Below, one piece after another: positions 36,528 through 46,217 of a stretch of 64,000 nt of DNA (positions are counted from its first letter, which is position 1; each line of letters opens with the position of its first letter). The position numbers and the translations under genes are program-made. The stretch covers positions 326,776 to 390,775 of the forward strand of contig CAWANF010000001.1 in NCBI GenBank assembly GCA_963783355.1, in the 5' to 3' direction. The stretch is from an uncultured bacterium (GTDB lineage Bacteria > Bacteroidota > Rhodothermia > Balneolales > DATFMH01). The notes under the pieces are model-generated. The model was not told the origin of the DNA and did no database searches. It saw nothing but the letters and a program-made list of their open reading frames with translations.

Positions 36528-39044
36528 ATGGCTGATAAAAAAACAAGTTTAGAGATAGACGGTATGCATTGTGCCAGCTGTGTGGCATCCGTTGAAAAAT
36601 CATTGAAAAAGCTGGAAGGTGTAAAGATAGCCAATGTGAATCTGTCTACAGAATCGGCTTCTATTGAATTTGATCCGGAGAAGGTAGATTTGGAAGCCTT
36701 TAAAAAAGCGGTGGAAGATGTAGGCTACGAGGTTCGGGACAATACGGTCAAGCAGACTTTGCGGATAGATGGTATGCATTGTGCCAGTTGTGTGGCTTCA
36801 GTTGAAAAAGCTTTGAAAGGAATTGAAGGTGTTCAGAACGCGACTGTTAACCTGGCGACCGAAACAGCACAGATAACATTTAATCCTAAGTATGTATCGT
36901 CGGCAGATTTTGTTTCGGCTGTGGATAACGTCGGGTATGAAGTTGTTACCGATGAACAGGAAGACGAAACCCAATCGGCTGCGGAGCTGGAACACGATAA
37001 GGATCAAAAGAAGATTGATCAGGCCGCGAAACGCATGTGGTGGTCGTGGGGGGTGACAATTCCCATCATCCTTTGGATGCTTCCCGAAATGATATTTGGC
37101 TACTATTTCCTGGGTAAAAAAGGCTATGATATCGGGATGATAGTTTTGTCTTCTATTGCCATTTTCTACCCAGGATGGGAGACGATTCGAAGCGCCTGGA
37201 AATCGGGATCCCACCTTGCTCCGAATATGGATGTATTGATTGCCATGGGTACATTGGCATCGCTGGCAACCGGTTTTGTTTCACTGTTCCATCAATATGG
37301 CATCGGTCCGGCGTTCCACAGTTTTGGCGGTGTCGCAGGAATGATCATGGCATTTCACCTGACCGGACGTTATATCGAGACAAAAGCCAAGGGCCGAGCT
37401 TCTCAGGCCATCAAAAAGTTACTTACCCTGGAAGCCAAAGAAGCAACGGTTGAACGTGATGGAGCGGAAATGAAAATTTCTGTCAGATCATTGCGAATTG
37501 GTGACATAATGGTTATCAAGCCGGGTGAAAAAATACCGACAGATGGAATCGTTGTAGATGGCTTGAGCAGCGTCGATGAATCACTGGCGACCGGTGAATC
37601 CATGCCGGTTGAAAAGGGAAACGGAGATTCGGTTATTGGAGCGACCATCAATAAAAATGGTGTTTTAAAAGTTAGGGCGACGAAAGTTGGTAAGGATACG
37701 TTCCTGAGCCAGGTGATCAAAATGGTGGAAGAAGCACAGGGATCGAAAGTGCCAATCCAGGAATTTGCAGACCGGATTACCGGGGTATTTGTTCCCGTAG
37801 TCATTGGTGTTTCCCTTTTGACATTAGCGGCCTGGTTACTTTTTCCGGGAGCATTTCATGGCATCGCGGTTTGGGCATCCGGATTCCTGCCCTGGGTAAA
37901 TCCAGGTATGGGAGCAACGGCATTGGCTTTTTATGCAGCAATAGCCGTACTGGTTATTGCCTGTCCGTGTGCGTTGGGACTGGCGACCCCAACCGCCTTG
38001 ATGGTCGGATCGGGTATGGGCGCAGAAAACGGTGTATTGATTCGTAAAGGAGCTGCTATCCAGATGATGAAAGATATCACTACGATTGTGTTAGACAAAA
38101 CCGGGACGATAACCGAAGGCAAGCCAGGTGTTACGGACATCATTTCCCTGAATGGAATAGCGGAAAACGATTTGCTCCATATAGCAGCGAGTATCGAAAA
38201 TAACTCTGAACACCCGCTTGGAGAAGCGATTGCCAATTATGCTAAATCCGAAAATCAACAATTGTCGAAGGTAACGGAATTTTATGCGATAACAGGCCGG
38301 GGCGTTCAGGGCAAAATAGACGAGCAACTGATACGAATCGGGACATTAAAAATGATGTCCGAGGCCGGGATAAATGTCTCTGAGGCAGCGAACGAGCAGA
38401 AAAATCAGCTTGAAAGTGAAGCTAAGACCGCCATGTTGGTGACTATCGATCAGGAACTTGCGGGAATCATTGCGGTTGCTGACAAAGTGAAGAACGACAG
38501 TAAACAGGCCATTGCCGAATTCAAAAAATATGGACTGGAGCCGGTTATGATAACCGGCGACAACGAACGTACAGCAAAAGCCATTGCCTCGGAAGTTGGA
38601 ATAGAACGTGTGATTGCCAATGTCCTTCCGGATGAAAAGGCGAAAGAAGTGAAACGTCTGCAGGATAATGGTGAGAAAGTGGCGATGGTGGGCGATGGAA
38701 TTAATGACGCCCCGGCACTGACTCAAGCCCATGTCGGAATAGCTATCGGAACCGGAACAGATGTAGCTATTGAATCTGGCGATATTGTTTTGGTTCAGGG
38801 CGAGTTAAGTGCCGTGGTTAAGGCCGTGAAACTGAGCCGGGCCACCTTCGTGAAAATCAAGCAGAACCTGTTCTGGGCCTTTTTCTATAACGTTGTGATG
38901 GTACCTCTGGCCATTTTAGGAATGATGCACCCGGTGCTGGCCGAGATTGCGATGGCTTTTAGTTCCATTAACGTGGTGACCAATTCGAGAAGGCTCCAGA
39001 AAGTAAATATTCAACCTGATTATCAATTAATACATAAGAAATAA
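36528..39044 (+). CDS. copA: Copper-translocating P1B-type ATPase
   Basis: Two N-terminal HMA domains ([13 protein letters not shown] twice), TGES, the CPC motif ([11 protein letters not shown]), DKTGTITEG and [10 protein letters not shown]. Confidence 0.95.
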   Translation: MADKKTSLEIDGMHCASCVASVEKSLKKLEGVKIANVNLSTESASIEFDPEKVDLEAFKKAVEDVGYEVRDNTVKQTLRIDGMHCASCVASVEKALKGIEGVQNATVNLATETAQITFNPKYVSSADFVSAVDNVGYEVVTDEQEDETQSAAELEHDKDQKKIDQAAKRMWWSWGVTIPIILWMLPEMIFGYYFLGKKGYDIGMIVLSSIAIFYPGWETIRSAWKSGSHLAPNMDVLIAMGTLASLATGFVSLFHQYGIGPAFHSFGGVAGMIMAFHLTGRYIETKAKGRASQAIKKLLTLEAKEATVERDGAEMKISVRSLRIGDIMVIKPGEKIPTDGIVVDGLSSVDESLATGESMPVEKGNGDSVIGATINKNGVLKVRATKVGKDTFLSQVIKMVEEAQGSKVPIQEFADRITGVFVPVVIGVSLLTLAAWLLFPGAFHGIAVWASGFLPWVNPGMGATALAFYAAIAVLVIACPCALGLATPTALMVGSGMGAENGVLIRKGAAIQMMKDITTIVLDKTGTITEGKPGVTDIISLNGIAENDLLHIAASIENNSEHPLGEAIANYAKSENQQLSKVTEFYAITGRGVQGKIDEQLIRIGTLKMMSEAGINVSEAANEQKNQLESEAKTAMLVTIDQELAGIIAVADKVKNDSKQAIAEFKKYGLEPVMITGDNERTAKAIASEVGIERVIANVLPDEKAKEVKRLQDNGEKVAMVGDGINDAPALTQAHVGIAIGTGTDVAIESGDIVLVQGELSAVVKAVKLSRATFVKIKQNLFWAFFYNVVMVPLAILGMMHPVLAEIAMAFSSINVVTNSRRLQKVNIQPDYQLIHKK

Positions 39045-39055
39045 AGGAAATCAAG

Positions 39056-39265
39056 ATGGTTAAGACAACATTGAAAGTCACAGGCATGCACTGTGAAGGA
39101 TGTGAAAACAGGATTAAAAAGATGCTTCCGCGCATTGATACAGTCGAAAATGTGGAAGCTGATCGAAATGATGAAAAAGTGGTTTTTGAATCAAATGGCA
39201 GTGATGAAACCCTGCAATCAGTAAAAGAAAAAATAGCTGATTTGGGTTATCAGGTCGTTGCCTGA
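39056..39265 (+). CDS. copZ: Copper chaperone (HMA domain)
   Basis: 69 aa. LKVTGMHCEGCENRIKK is the M-x-C-x-x-C metal-binding fold. The gene lies directly after copA. Confidence 0.85.
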   Translation: MVKTTLKVTGMHCEGCENRIKKMLPRIDTVENVEADRNDEKVVFESNGSDETLQSVKEKIADLGYQVVA

Positions 39266-39290
39266 GATGAGACGTAAACAGAAAACGCGA

Positions 39291-39323
39291 AAGCCGGTGA
39301 GAATATCTTACCGGCTTTTTTTG
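39291..39323 (+). terminator. Rho-independent terminator of the cop operon
   Basis: Stem aagccggt (39291-39298) / accggctt (39310-39317) followed by a T-run. Confidence 0.65.
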
Positions 39324-39570
39324 TAAAAAACAGTATTCTTAAATGATTGCCGCATGTATTAGGGGTTTATCAGAAAACGGCTGAATGGATGTTCAATAGT
39401 TATACGACAAACTGTAAATAAATGATGCCATTAAGAGCGTACAATGAGTTAAGGAATGACGAAACACAAATGAAAACAGGCATTATGGCGATATATTTTT
39501 GTATTATGACGGATGATTATTACAACTTTCGAATTTAGTTGTTGATATAATTTTATATCTGGAATAGAAA

Positions 39571-40605
39571 ATGAATAATCGAATTACAATACGGCAAATT
39601 GCGAAGGAACTGGGTATTTCAGCTATGACGGTTTCTCGTGCACTCAATAATAAATCCTATGTAGATCCGGATACCAGAAGAAGGGTATTGGAGATGGCCC
39701 AAAAAATGGGTTACAAACCCAATCACATTGCCAGAAGTCTGACAATAAAAAAAACATATACTATCGGTGTGGTACTTCCAAAATTATCGCATTCATTTTT
39801 CCCTGATGCTATTCGTGGAATAGAAGAAGCTGCTTATCAGAGAGAATATCAGCTTATCCTGGCGCACTCATCAGAAGATGAGGTCCGGGAAAAGAAGGTG
39901 ATAGAATCATTAGTTTCAAAACGCGTTGACGGAATACTTATATCATCTGCCGAGAATATTACGGACTTACAGCTATATAAGGAATTACTGGAGGCTAATT
40001 ATCCGATTGTTTTTTTCGACCGATGGATTCCAAACCTGGAGGTAAGTTCAGTAAAAACCAACGATGAAGAAAGTATGATGATCATTACTGAGCATCTCAT
40101 TACGAAACATGGTTATACCAATATTGCACACATTAGCGGGCCGCAAAATGTTTCAATTGGTTTAGAGCGATATAGGGGATATAAAAAAGCAATGGAGAAT
40201 CATGATTTAACGATTAATGAAGAATGGGTTGTTTCAGCCGGTTTCAATGAAGCATCGGGATATGAAGCGATGAAAAAAATTCTGAATTTACCGGAGAGGA
40301 AACAGATTCAGGCTGTTGTTGCAGTAAATGACCCGACAGCGTTCGGGGCAATGGAAGCAATTTATGAGAAGGGTATGAAGATTCCCGAAGATATAGCAAT
40401 AGTTGGATTCGGTGATGATAAGCAAGATAAGCTACTGGCATCACCACTCACGACAATTCATCAACCGGCCTATGAAGAAGGTAAAAGGGCAGCACAAATA
40501 TTAATTGATTTAATGGAAGGTAAATCGAATGTAACCGAAGATATCGTAATCAAAAGTTATCTGGTCGTTCGTAATTCATGTGGTTGTAATCCGATGCAGA
40601 AATAA
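39571..40605 (+). CDS. LacI-family transcriptional regulator
   Basis: N-terminal HTH ITIRQIAKELGISAMTVSRALNNKSYV followed by a periplasmic-binding-protein-like sugar-binding core. Confidence 0.9.
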   Translation: MNNRITIRQIAKELGISAMTVSRALNNKSYVDPDTRRRVLEMAQKMGYKPNHIARSLTIKKTYTIGVVLPKLSHSFFPDAIRGIEEAAYQREYQLILAHSSEDEVREKKVIESLVSKRVDGILISSAENITDLQLYKELLEANYPIVFFDRWIPNLEVSSVKTNDEESMMIITEHLITKHGYTNIAHISGPQNVSIGLERYRGYKKAMENHDLTINEEWVVSAGFNEASGYEAMKKILNLPERKQIQAVVAVNDPTAFGAMEAIYEKGMKIPEDIAIVGFGDDKQDKLLASPLTTIHQPAYEEGKRAAQILIDLMEGKSNVTEDIVIKSYLVVRNSCGCNPMQK

Positions 40606-40850
40606 AATCAATTTTAAGCACACCTAAACATTCGAAGAGAACTGTCTATCTTAAAGATTGTAATTGTTGAATATTAATCTTTGAATGTTCATTGCCCAAA
40701 CTCATTTTTATAAGTTGTTTTATGACTTTACTTAAAAGTCTTTCAAAGTCATCCGCTGAAGTTGACGGTTTAAGACATTGGTTAATTTCAGAGTCGATAA
40801 GTCTGATATTATTGTATCAGGTATATTCATAATTGCAATTGTTTAGAGAA

Positions 40851-41420
40851 TTAAGAGGGTATATTCTGCATTGAATTAAGAATTTTCTTTGATTCCGAAA
40901 TGTAATTATATACGCTTTGGGGTTTTATATTCAATATGTTCGAGATCTCCTGTGTTGATAGACCTTCATAAAATTTTAGATAGATGATCTCCTTTTGCCG
41001 CTGGCTCATCATATTCAGGGCACTTATGAAATATTTTAATTTGTTTAATAGATCATCAGAAAAAGATGAGATATCGAAATAGGTATTATCAAGGAGATTC
41101 AAAGTGTTTTCAACATATGATTTGTTTCTTTTGGCGTGAGCATTCTGCTTCTCAATATTTTCAAAATTTTTTGCTTTAGTGAAAGAAACAGATAAGATTT
41201 GACATTATATATGTGAGACAAATTTTCGCGGTCTTCTCAAATATTCAAAAATAAATCCTGGACACTGTCTCTTATCAAATCTTTATTTGGGACTTGTTTC
41301 AGGCCGAAGGACATTAGCTTCGGATACATCAAATAATAAATCTTTGAAAGCGCTTCTTGATCGCCACTACATAAATCAGTCCAAAGTTCACTGGAGATAT
41401 CTTTATTTTTTTTCTTTAAA
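40851..41420 (-). pseudogene. Decayed sigma-70 (ECF/Bacteroidetes-type) factor gene
   Basis: Region 2 reads ELWTDLCSGDQEALSKIYYLMYPKLMSFGLKQVPNKDLIRDSVQDLFLNI*EDRENLSHIYNVKSYLFLSL, with a TGA (41237-41239) where family members normally have Trp (LNIWE). Region 4 (QRQKEIIYLKFYEGLSTQEISNILNIKPQSVYNYISESKKIL, 40851-41102) is in a different frame. I found no intact start codon. Confidence 0.6.
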
Positions 41421-41742
41421 GCAGTTTTGTGGTTGTAGAGACCATGATATTACTAATCGGATATTATTATTCGTTGAGATAAAGGTTATTTCACATGTGA
41501 TACAGATATCAATCATTAGAATTAACAAAGCGATTACAGCCATTTATATATTGAATTGGTCCAAAAACGCAATTATGGAGCTATTCAACTACATAAGTTA
41601 CCGGTAAAATACTATTCACAAATCAAACTATAACTAAAACTATTTTGAAACCGGAAGTACAAAAATTTTGGATTTTATCAGTAGAACTACGCTCTTTTTA
41701 GAGAAGTTACAGCCTTGGGTTCTCTTTCTATTTTTATTAAAG

Positions 41743-41756
41743 TGAACATATGTTCA
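41743..41756. promoter_or_regulatory. Perfect 14-bp palindrome TGAACATATGTTCA (candidate regulator site)
   Basis: The sequence is self-complementary and is followed by an extra half-site TGAACAT at 41761-41767. It lies in the AT-rich region between the LacI gene/sigma remnant and the rhamnose cluster. Confidence 0.3.
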
Positions 41757-42183
41757 TTAATGAACATTGTTTTATTAATGTAAAATAAATCATTATCATG
41801 TCAACAAATTGATTAAAAAAAATAAATAATTACTTACTGGAGTGGGATTCATTTTTTGTATTCAGAAAATAAAGTGATAACTATTTTCTGAAAAATATTA
41901 AATATTTAGATTATTTAGAGATTGTAACCATCTAAATAATAAGGCTATATAAGTAATTATCCGTTATTAAAAGAAATTTGTGTTGGGCTGATATTTTAAG
42001 TAGAAAAGCTGCAGGGATATCTCTATAAATATGATTGAGATACTTCGGGATATTAAAAGGACAGTTTTATATTCCAGGTTAATGTCATAATGAAATTAAT
42101 GTATTTATAATTTTTGTCATTGGGGTCAGAGCACCTGAAATTCAGAAGGATCATTTAAATATTGAATACTTAATATAAAATGA

Positions 42184-43602
42184 ATGCAAACACGGAATAC
42201 AGTTCTTGAAAGATTAAATAAGCGTTTAGATTCCATTGACGAGTTTGAACGCGAACCTGTTCCGCAAAATAAGCTCAAGAGCTGGAAGGGCTTTGTCGGC
42301 ATGTATATCGGTGAGAATACAGCCGGTACGGAATTTGTAATCGGTACCTTATTTGTTGCTCATGGGGTCAGTGCCTGGGATTTATTTACCGGATTGATGA
42401 TTGGAAATCTACTGGCGGTGATGAGTTGGGCTTTTTTGTGTGCTCCTGTTGCGGTGAAAGTCCGGTTAACATTATACTGGCAAATGAGGAAAATTTGCGG
42501 TCCGAATCTGGCTTTAATATATAATATTGTTAACGCTATCATGTTTTGTTTCCTCGCCGGTTCAATGATTGCTGTTTCTGCAACAGCGGTTGGCCTGCCT
42601 TTCCATATCACAATGCCTACGCTGAACGACTGGCTGCCAACGGGGGTAGGCTGGGTAGTAACGGTACTGATTGTTGGATTTGTAATAACCATGATAGCTA
42701 TTCTTGGTTATGATAAAGTGGCACACTTTGCCAATATTTGTTCTCCGTGGATGATCCTGATTTTTGTAGCTGCCGCGGTTGCTGTATTACCCGAACTTGG
42801 TGTCCATTCATTCTCAAACTTCTGGTCTGTAGCAAAACATAAAATATGGAATGGGGTTCCATTTCCCGGCCAAACGAAGTTTACATTCTGGCACGTCATG
42901 TTTTTTGCATGGTTCACGAACCTTGCTATGAATGCAGGGATGTCGGATATGTCTATTCTCAGGTATGCCGAAAATTGGTACCAGGGATTTTCACCCGGAC
43001 CCGGTATTTATCTTGGTCACGTTATGGCATGGATGGCATCTGGTATTTTGACCGCTGCAGCAGCCGGGGCTATAGCGCCGGGTATCATTGCTTATCACAG
43101 TGCCGGACTTGCCGGAGCTATTTGTGTTATTATCGCCGGATGGACAACGGCGAATCCGACTATTTACAGGGCCGGACTGGCTTTTCAGTCGGTGACACCA
43201 AACTGGAAACGCTGGAAGGTAACATTGTTTACCGGTCTTGTAACTACGATTGCTGCTTTATTCCCTGCATTAGTCATGAAATTACTCGATTTTGTTGCAC
43301 TCTACGGTTTAATTCTGATGCCGATGGGTGTTGTTATACTGTTGGATGTATTCTTGTTACCCAAAATGGGACTCGATAGTAATCTGGCAGAATTATTACA
43401 TCTTAAATTCAATTGGGCAGCTGCATTGACCTGGTTTATTACCCTGGCTTTGTGTCTTTTCCTCAATATTTTTGGAGGCATTGAGGTATTCTTCCTGGCA
43501 TTACCGGGCTGGTTTATCGCTGCTGTGTTATATGTATTATTGAGTTTTGTTTTTCAAAAAAGTTTAAAAAACAAGAAGGTAGCTATTCAGGGATCACTGT
43601 AA
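42184..43602 (+). CDS. Polytopic membrane transporter (probable sugar permease of the rhamnose cluster); family not resolved
   Basis: 472 aa with about 12 hydrophobic helices. It is the first gene of the rhamnose catabolic unit. I cannot assign it to a named transporter family by eye. Confidence 0.6.
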   Translation: MQTRNTVLERLNKRLDSIDEFEREPVPQNKLKSWKGFVGMYIGENTAGTEFVIGTLFVAHGVSAWDLFTGLMIGNLLAVMSWAFLCAPVAVKVRLTLYWQMRKICGPNLALIYNIVNAIMFCFLAGSMIAVSATAVGLPFHITMPTLNDWLPTGVGWVVTVLIVGFVITMIAILGYDKVAHFANICSPWMILIFVAAAVAVLPELGVHSFSNFWSVAKHKIWNGVPFPGQTKFTFWHVMFFAWFTNLAMNAGMSDMSILRYAENWYQGFSPGPGIYLGHVMAWMASGILTAAAAGAIAPGIIAYHSAGLAGAICVIIAGWTTANPTIYRAGLAFQSVTPNWKRWKVTLFTGLVTTIAALFPALVMKLLDFVALYGLILMPMGVVILLDVFLLPKMGLDSNLAELLHLKFNWAAALTWFITLALCLFLNIFGGIEVFFLALPGWFIAAVLYVLLSFVFQKSLKNKKVAIQGSL

Positions 43603-43671
43603 TATGATAAACCTGTTTATCTATTTATTTAATTATTAATGATTTAAAAGAAAATATAAAGGTAAGGAGAA

Positions 43672-45849
43672 ATGTTTTTTAGAAAAGTCGAAAGTCAATG
43701 GGATGATAAGGTTGTCAGTAACATGGACCCATTAGATCGTCTGGTCTATCGATCTAATTTGATTGGCAGTGACGCTTATGTCAATAATACTGGTGGTGGT
43801 AATACCTCAAGTAAAATAAATGAAAAAGATCCTATTACAGGAGAAGATGTTGAAGTTCTGTGGGTCAAAGGCTCCGGCGGAGATTTGCGTACTGCAAAAA
43901 GACCTAATTTTGCATCCCTGTACCAGAACATGCTCATTAAATTGCAGGGCGTTTATGATTCATTTGAAACGAAAGGTCCTAAAACACCTGCCGAAGATAA
44001 GATGGTCGGATTTTATCCCCACTGTACCTATAATTTGAATACACGCGCCCCATCTATCGATACCCCGCTTCATAGCTTTATTCCTTTCAAATTTGTAGAT
44101 CATACCCATCCGGTTCCGTGTATTGCAATTGCTACAGCAGACAATGGACCTGAATTAACAAAAGAGATTTATGGTGATGAAGTCGCCTGGGTAGACTGGT
44201 TGCGTCCAGGTTTTGAACTGGGACTGAAATTACAGAAAACATATGAAAAGAATCCGGGTATTCGGGGAATCATCTTAGGTGGACATGGATTAATCAACTG
44301 GGCTAATGATGATAAAGAATGTTACCTGACAACCCTCGAACTCATTAATAAGGCGGCGGATTACCTGGCAAAACATGAAAAAGGTGCGGATACTTTTGGT
44401 GGAGCAAAATTCAAATCGTTGCCTGAAGAGCAAAGAAATGAAATTCTGGTTGATGCCATGCCTTTTATTCGCGGGCAAATCAGTCAGGATAAAAGATTAA
44501 TTGGAACCGTTCAGTATGATGATATCATTCTCGATTTCATCAATTCTAATGACGCTCTCAGGTTATCGGAATTGGGTACATCGTGCCCTGATCATTTTTT
44601 GCGAACTAAAATCAAGCCACTTTATTTAGATTGGAATCCGCAAAAAGAAGATAAAAATGATCTGAGGAATAAAATTATCAGTGGTTTAGAACAGTATCGT
44701 AAGGATTATCAAACATATTACGATACGAATAAAGAAGCCGATTCACCGGCAATACGTAATCCGAATCCATCTGTTATTCTGATTCCCGGGATCGGTATGA
44801 TTACATGGGGAAAAACAAAAAGCGAGTCCAGGGTAACTGCTGAATTTTACAATGCCGCAGTTGGTGTTATGAGAGGTGCCGAATCGGTCGGGCACTACAC
44901 CGCACTGCCTCAAAAAGAGGCTTTTGATATTGAATACTGGGCATTGGAAGAAGCAAAGTTACGACGCATGCCTCCCGAAAATGAACTTTCCAGAAAAATT
45001 GTTGCGGTTGTTGGTGCCGGAAGCGGTATAGGCAAGGAAGTCGTTAGTCGTTTGCTAAAAGGCGGGGCGACTGTTGCAGCGCTTGATCTTGATGAGTCAG
45101 GAGCTAAAAAAACGGCTGATGATAAACTCCAGGAAATTGGAATGGGTATCGGTGTTGCCGGTTCTGGAATAAGCCGATCAGGGGATGTCATTGGGCTTGG
45201 CTGTAATATCACTGACCGCAATTCTATCCAGGCAGCTTTAGAAAAAACTATTTTGGCCTACGGTGGCCTTGACAACGTGGTAGTAACCGCTGGTTTGTAT
45301 GCAACTCCCGATAAAGAGGGAAGAGTACCGGATTCTGATTGGAATAAAAGCTTTTCTGTTAATGTCATAGGTAATTATTTTATCGCTGATGAAGCTAATA
45401 AAATATGGAAGAAACAAGGACTTGACGGAAGTATGGTTATCACGACAAGTGTCAATGCTGTAGTGGCTAAAAGAGGCAGTCTTGCTTACGATACGAGTAA
45501 GGCCGCTGCTAATCATCTTGTTCGTGAGCTGGCTATAGAACTGGCTCCTAATGTAAGGGTGAATGGCGTTGCTCCTGCTACCGTAGTAGAAGGAAGCAGC
45601 ATGTTCCCCAGAGACCGGGTGATTGCATCGTTATCTAAATACGGCATAACATATGACGAATCGGAAAGCACGGAAGAATTACGTGACCGTTTGAAAGAAT
45701 TTTATGCTACCAGGACTTTGACCCGGAAACCTATAACATTGAGGCAACAAGCTGAAGCCATTTATTTACTGGTTAGTAACCGTTTTGAAAATACAACTGG
45801 TCTGGTTATTCCGGTAGATGGCGGGCTTACGGATGCTTTCATGCGTTAA
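43672..45849 (+). CDS. Bifunctional rhamnulose-1-phosphate aldolase / short-chain dehydrogenase (RhaEW-type)
   Basis: 725 aa. The N-terminal class II aldolase/adducin-like part contains YVNNTGGGNTSSK and VDHTHP. The C-terminal SDR part contains VVGAGSGIGKE and YDTSKAA. AAGGAG precedes the ATG. The gene sits in a cluster with rhaI and a sugar kinase. Confidence 0.8.
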   Translation: MFFRKVESQWDDKVVSNMDPLDRLVYRSNLIGSDAYVNNTGGGNTSSKINEKDPITGEDVEVLWVKGSGGDLRTAKRPNFASLYQNMLIKLQGVYDSFETKGPKTPAEDKMVGFYPHCTYNLNTRAPSIDTPLHSFIPFKFVDHTHPVPCIAIATADNGPELTKEIYGDEVAWVDWLRPGFELGLKLQKTYEKNPGIRGIILGGHGLINWANDDKECYLTTLELINKAADYLAKHEKGADTFGGAKFKSLPEEQRNEILVDAMPFIRGQISQDKRLIGTVQYDDIILDFINSNDALRLSELGTSCPDHFLRTKIKPLYLDWNPQKEDKNDLRNKIISGLEQYRKDYQTYYDTNKEADSPAIRNPNPSVILIPGIGMITWGKTKSESRVTAEFYNAAVGVMRGAESVGHYTALPQKEAFDIEYWALEEAKLRRMPPENELSRKIVAVVGAGSGIGKEVVSRLLKGGATVAALDLDESGAKKTADDKLQEIGMGIGVAGSGISRSGDVIGLGCNITDRNSIQAALEKTILAYGGLDNVVVTAGLYATPDKEGRVPDSDWNKSFSVNVIGNYFIADEANKIWKKQGLDGSMVITTSVNAVVAKRGSLAYDTSKAAANHLVRELAIELAPNVRVNGVAPATVVEGSSMFPRDRVIASLSKYGITYDESESTEELRDRLKEFYATRTLTRKPITLRQQAEAIYLLVSNRFENTTGLVIPVDGGLTDAFMR

Positions 45850-45905
45850 TATTAGGAATATTGCAGCTTTAAATAAAACATTTTGATGATATAAATAAAG
45901 CCATT

Positions 45906-46091
45906 ATGAAAAAGCCATTAAGAAATTTACTCATCATTTTATCCGTTTTAGGACTTGTTTTGACCGTCGGTCCGTCTTTCTTAGTGTTCAGCGGAAAAAT
46001 ATCTTTGTACATGGATAAAGTGTTGATGTTCATCGGAACCGTGCTTTGGTTCACTCTGGCACCGTTCTGGATTGGTAAAAAAGCTGTTTAA
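45906..46091 (+). CDS. Small two-helix membrane protein (hypothetical)
   Basis: 61 aa. MKKPLRNLLIILSVLGLVLTVGPSFLVF...VLMFIGTVLWFTLAPFWIGKK has a clean two-TM layout with a positive-inside distribution. Confidence 0.4.
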   Translation: MKKPLRNLLIILSVLGLVLTVGPSFLVFSGKISLYMDKVLMFIGTVLWFTLAPFWIGKKAV

Positions 46092-46114
46092 ATAAATTCC
46101 TCAGGAAATATCAG

Positions 46115-46159
46115 ATAAAACCGTTTCTCATTTGCAATAGTAATGAGAAACGGTTTTAT
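46115..46159. terminator. Perfect 18-bp stem-loop between the small membrane ORF and rhaI
   Basis: ataaaaccgtttctcatt (46115-46132) / aatgagaaacggttttat (46142-46159) with a 9-nt loop. A U-run lies inside the 3' arm in either orientation. Confidence 0.5.
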
Positions 46160-46217
46160 GTCTGTGTAAGTATGTTTATGAATGTATTTCTCACCGTTAT
46201 AAAACTGTTTAATTAAA

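Noticed and set aside
36560-36810. Near-identical ~45-nt repeats inside copA
   Set aside because: These are the two tandem HMA metal-binding domains ([13 protein letters not shown] twice). This is a normal internal domain duplication, not a mobile or regulatory repeat.
41237-41239. In-frame TGA at a conserved Trp position in the sigma factor: could TGA be recoded as Trp?
   Set aside because: TGA clearly terminates several well-defined genes in this window (copZ, the MarR gene, the CBM9/DUF5916 gene, the SDR at 56142-56927). No other conserved gene needs read-through, and the same gene also has a frameshift and no start. A pseudogene is the simpler explanation.
41287-41607. 106-aa plus-strand ORF in the AT-rich region
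   Set aside because: It is antisense to the recognisable sigma-70 region-2 remnant, uses a TTG start and has low-complexity, AT-driven composition.
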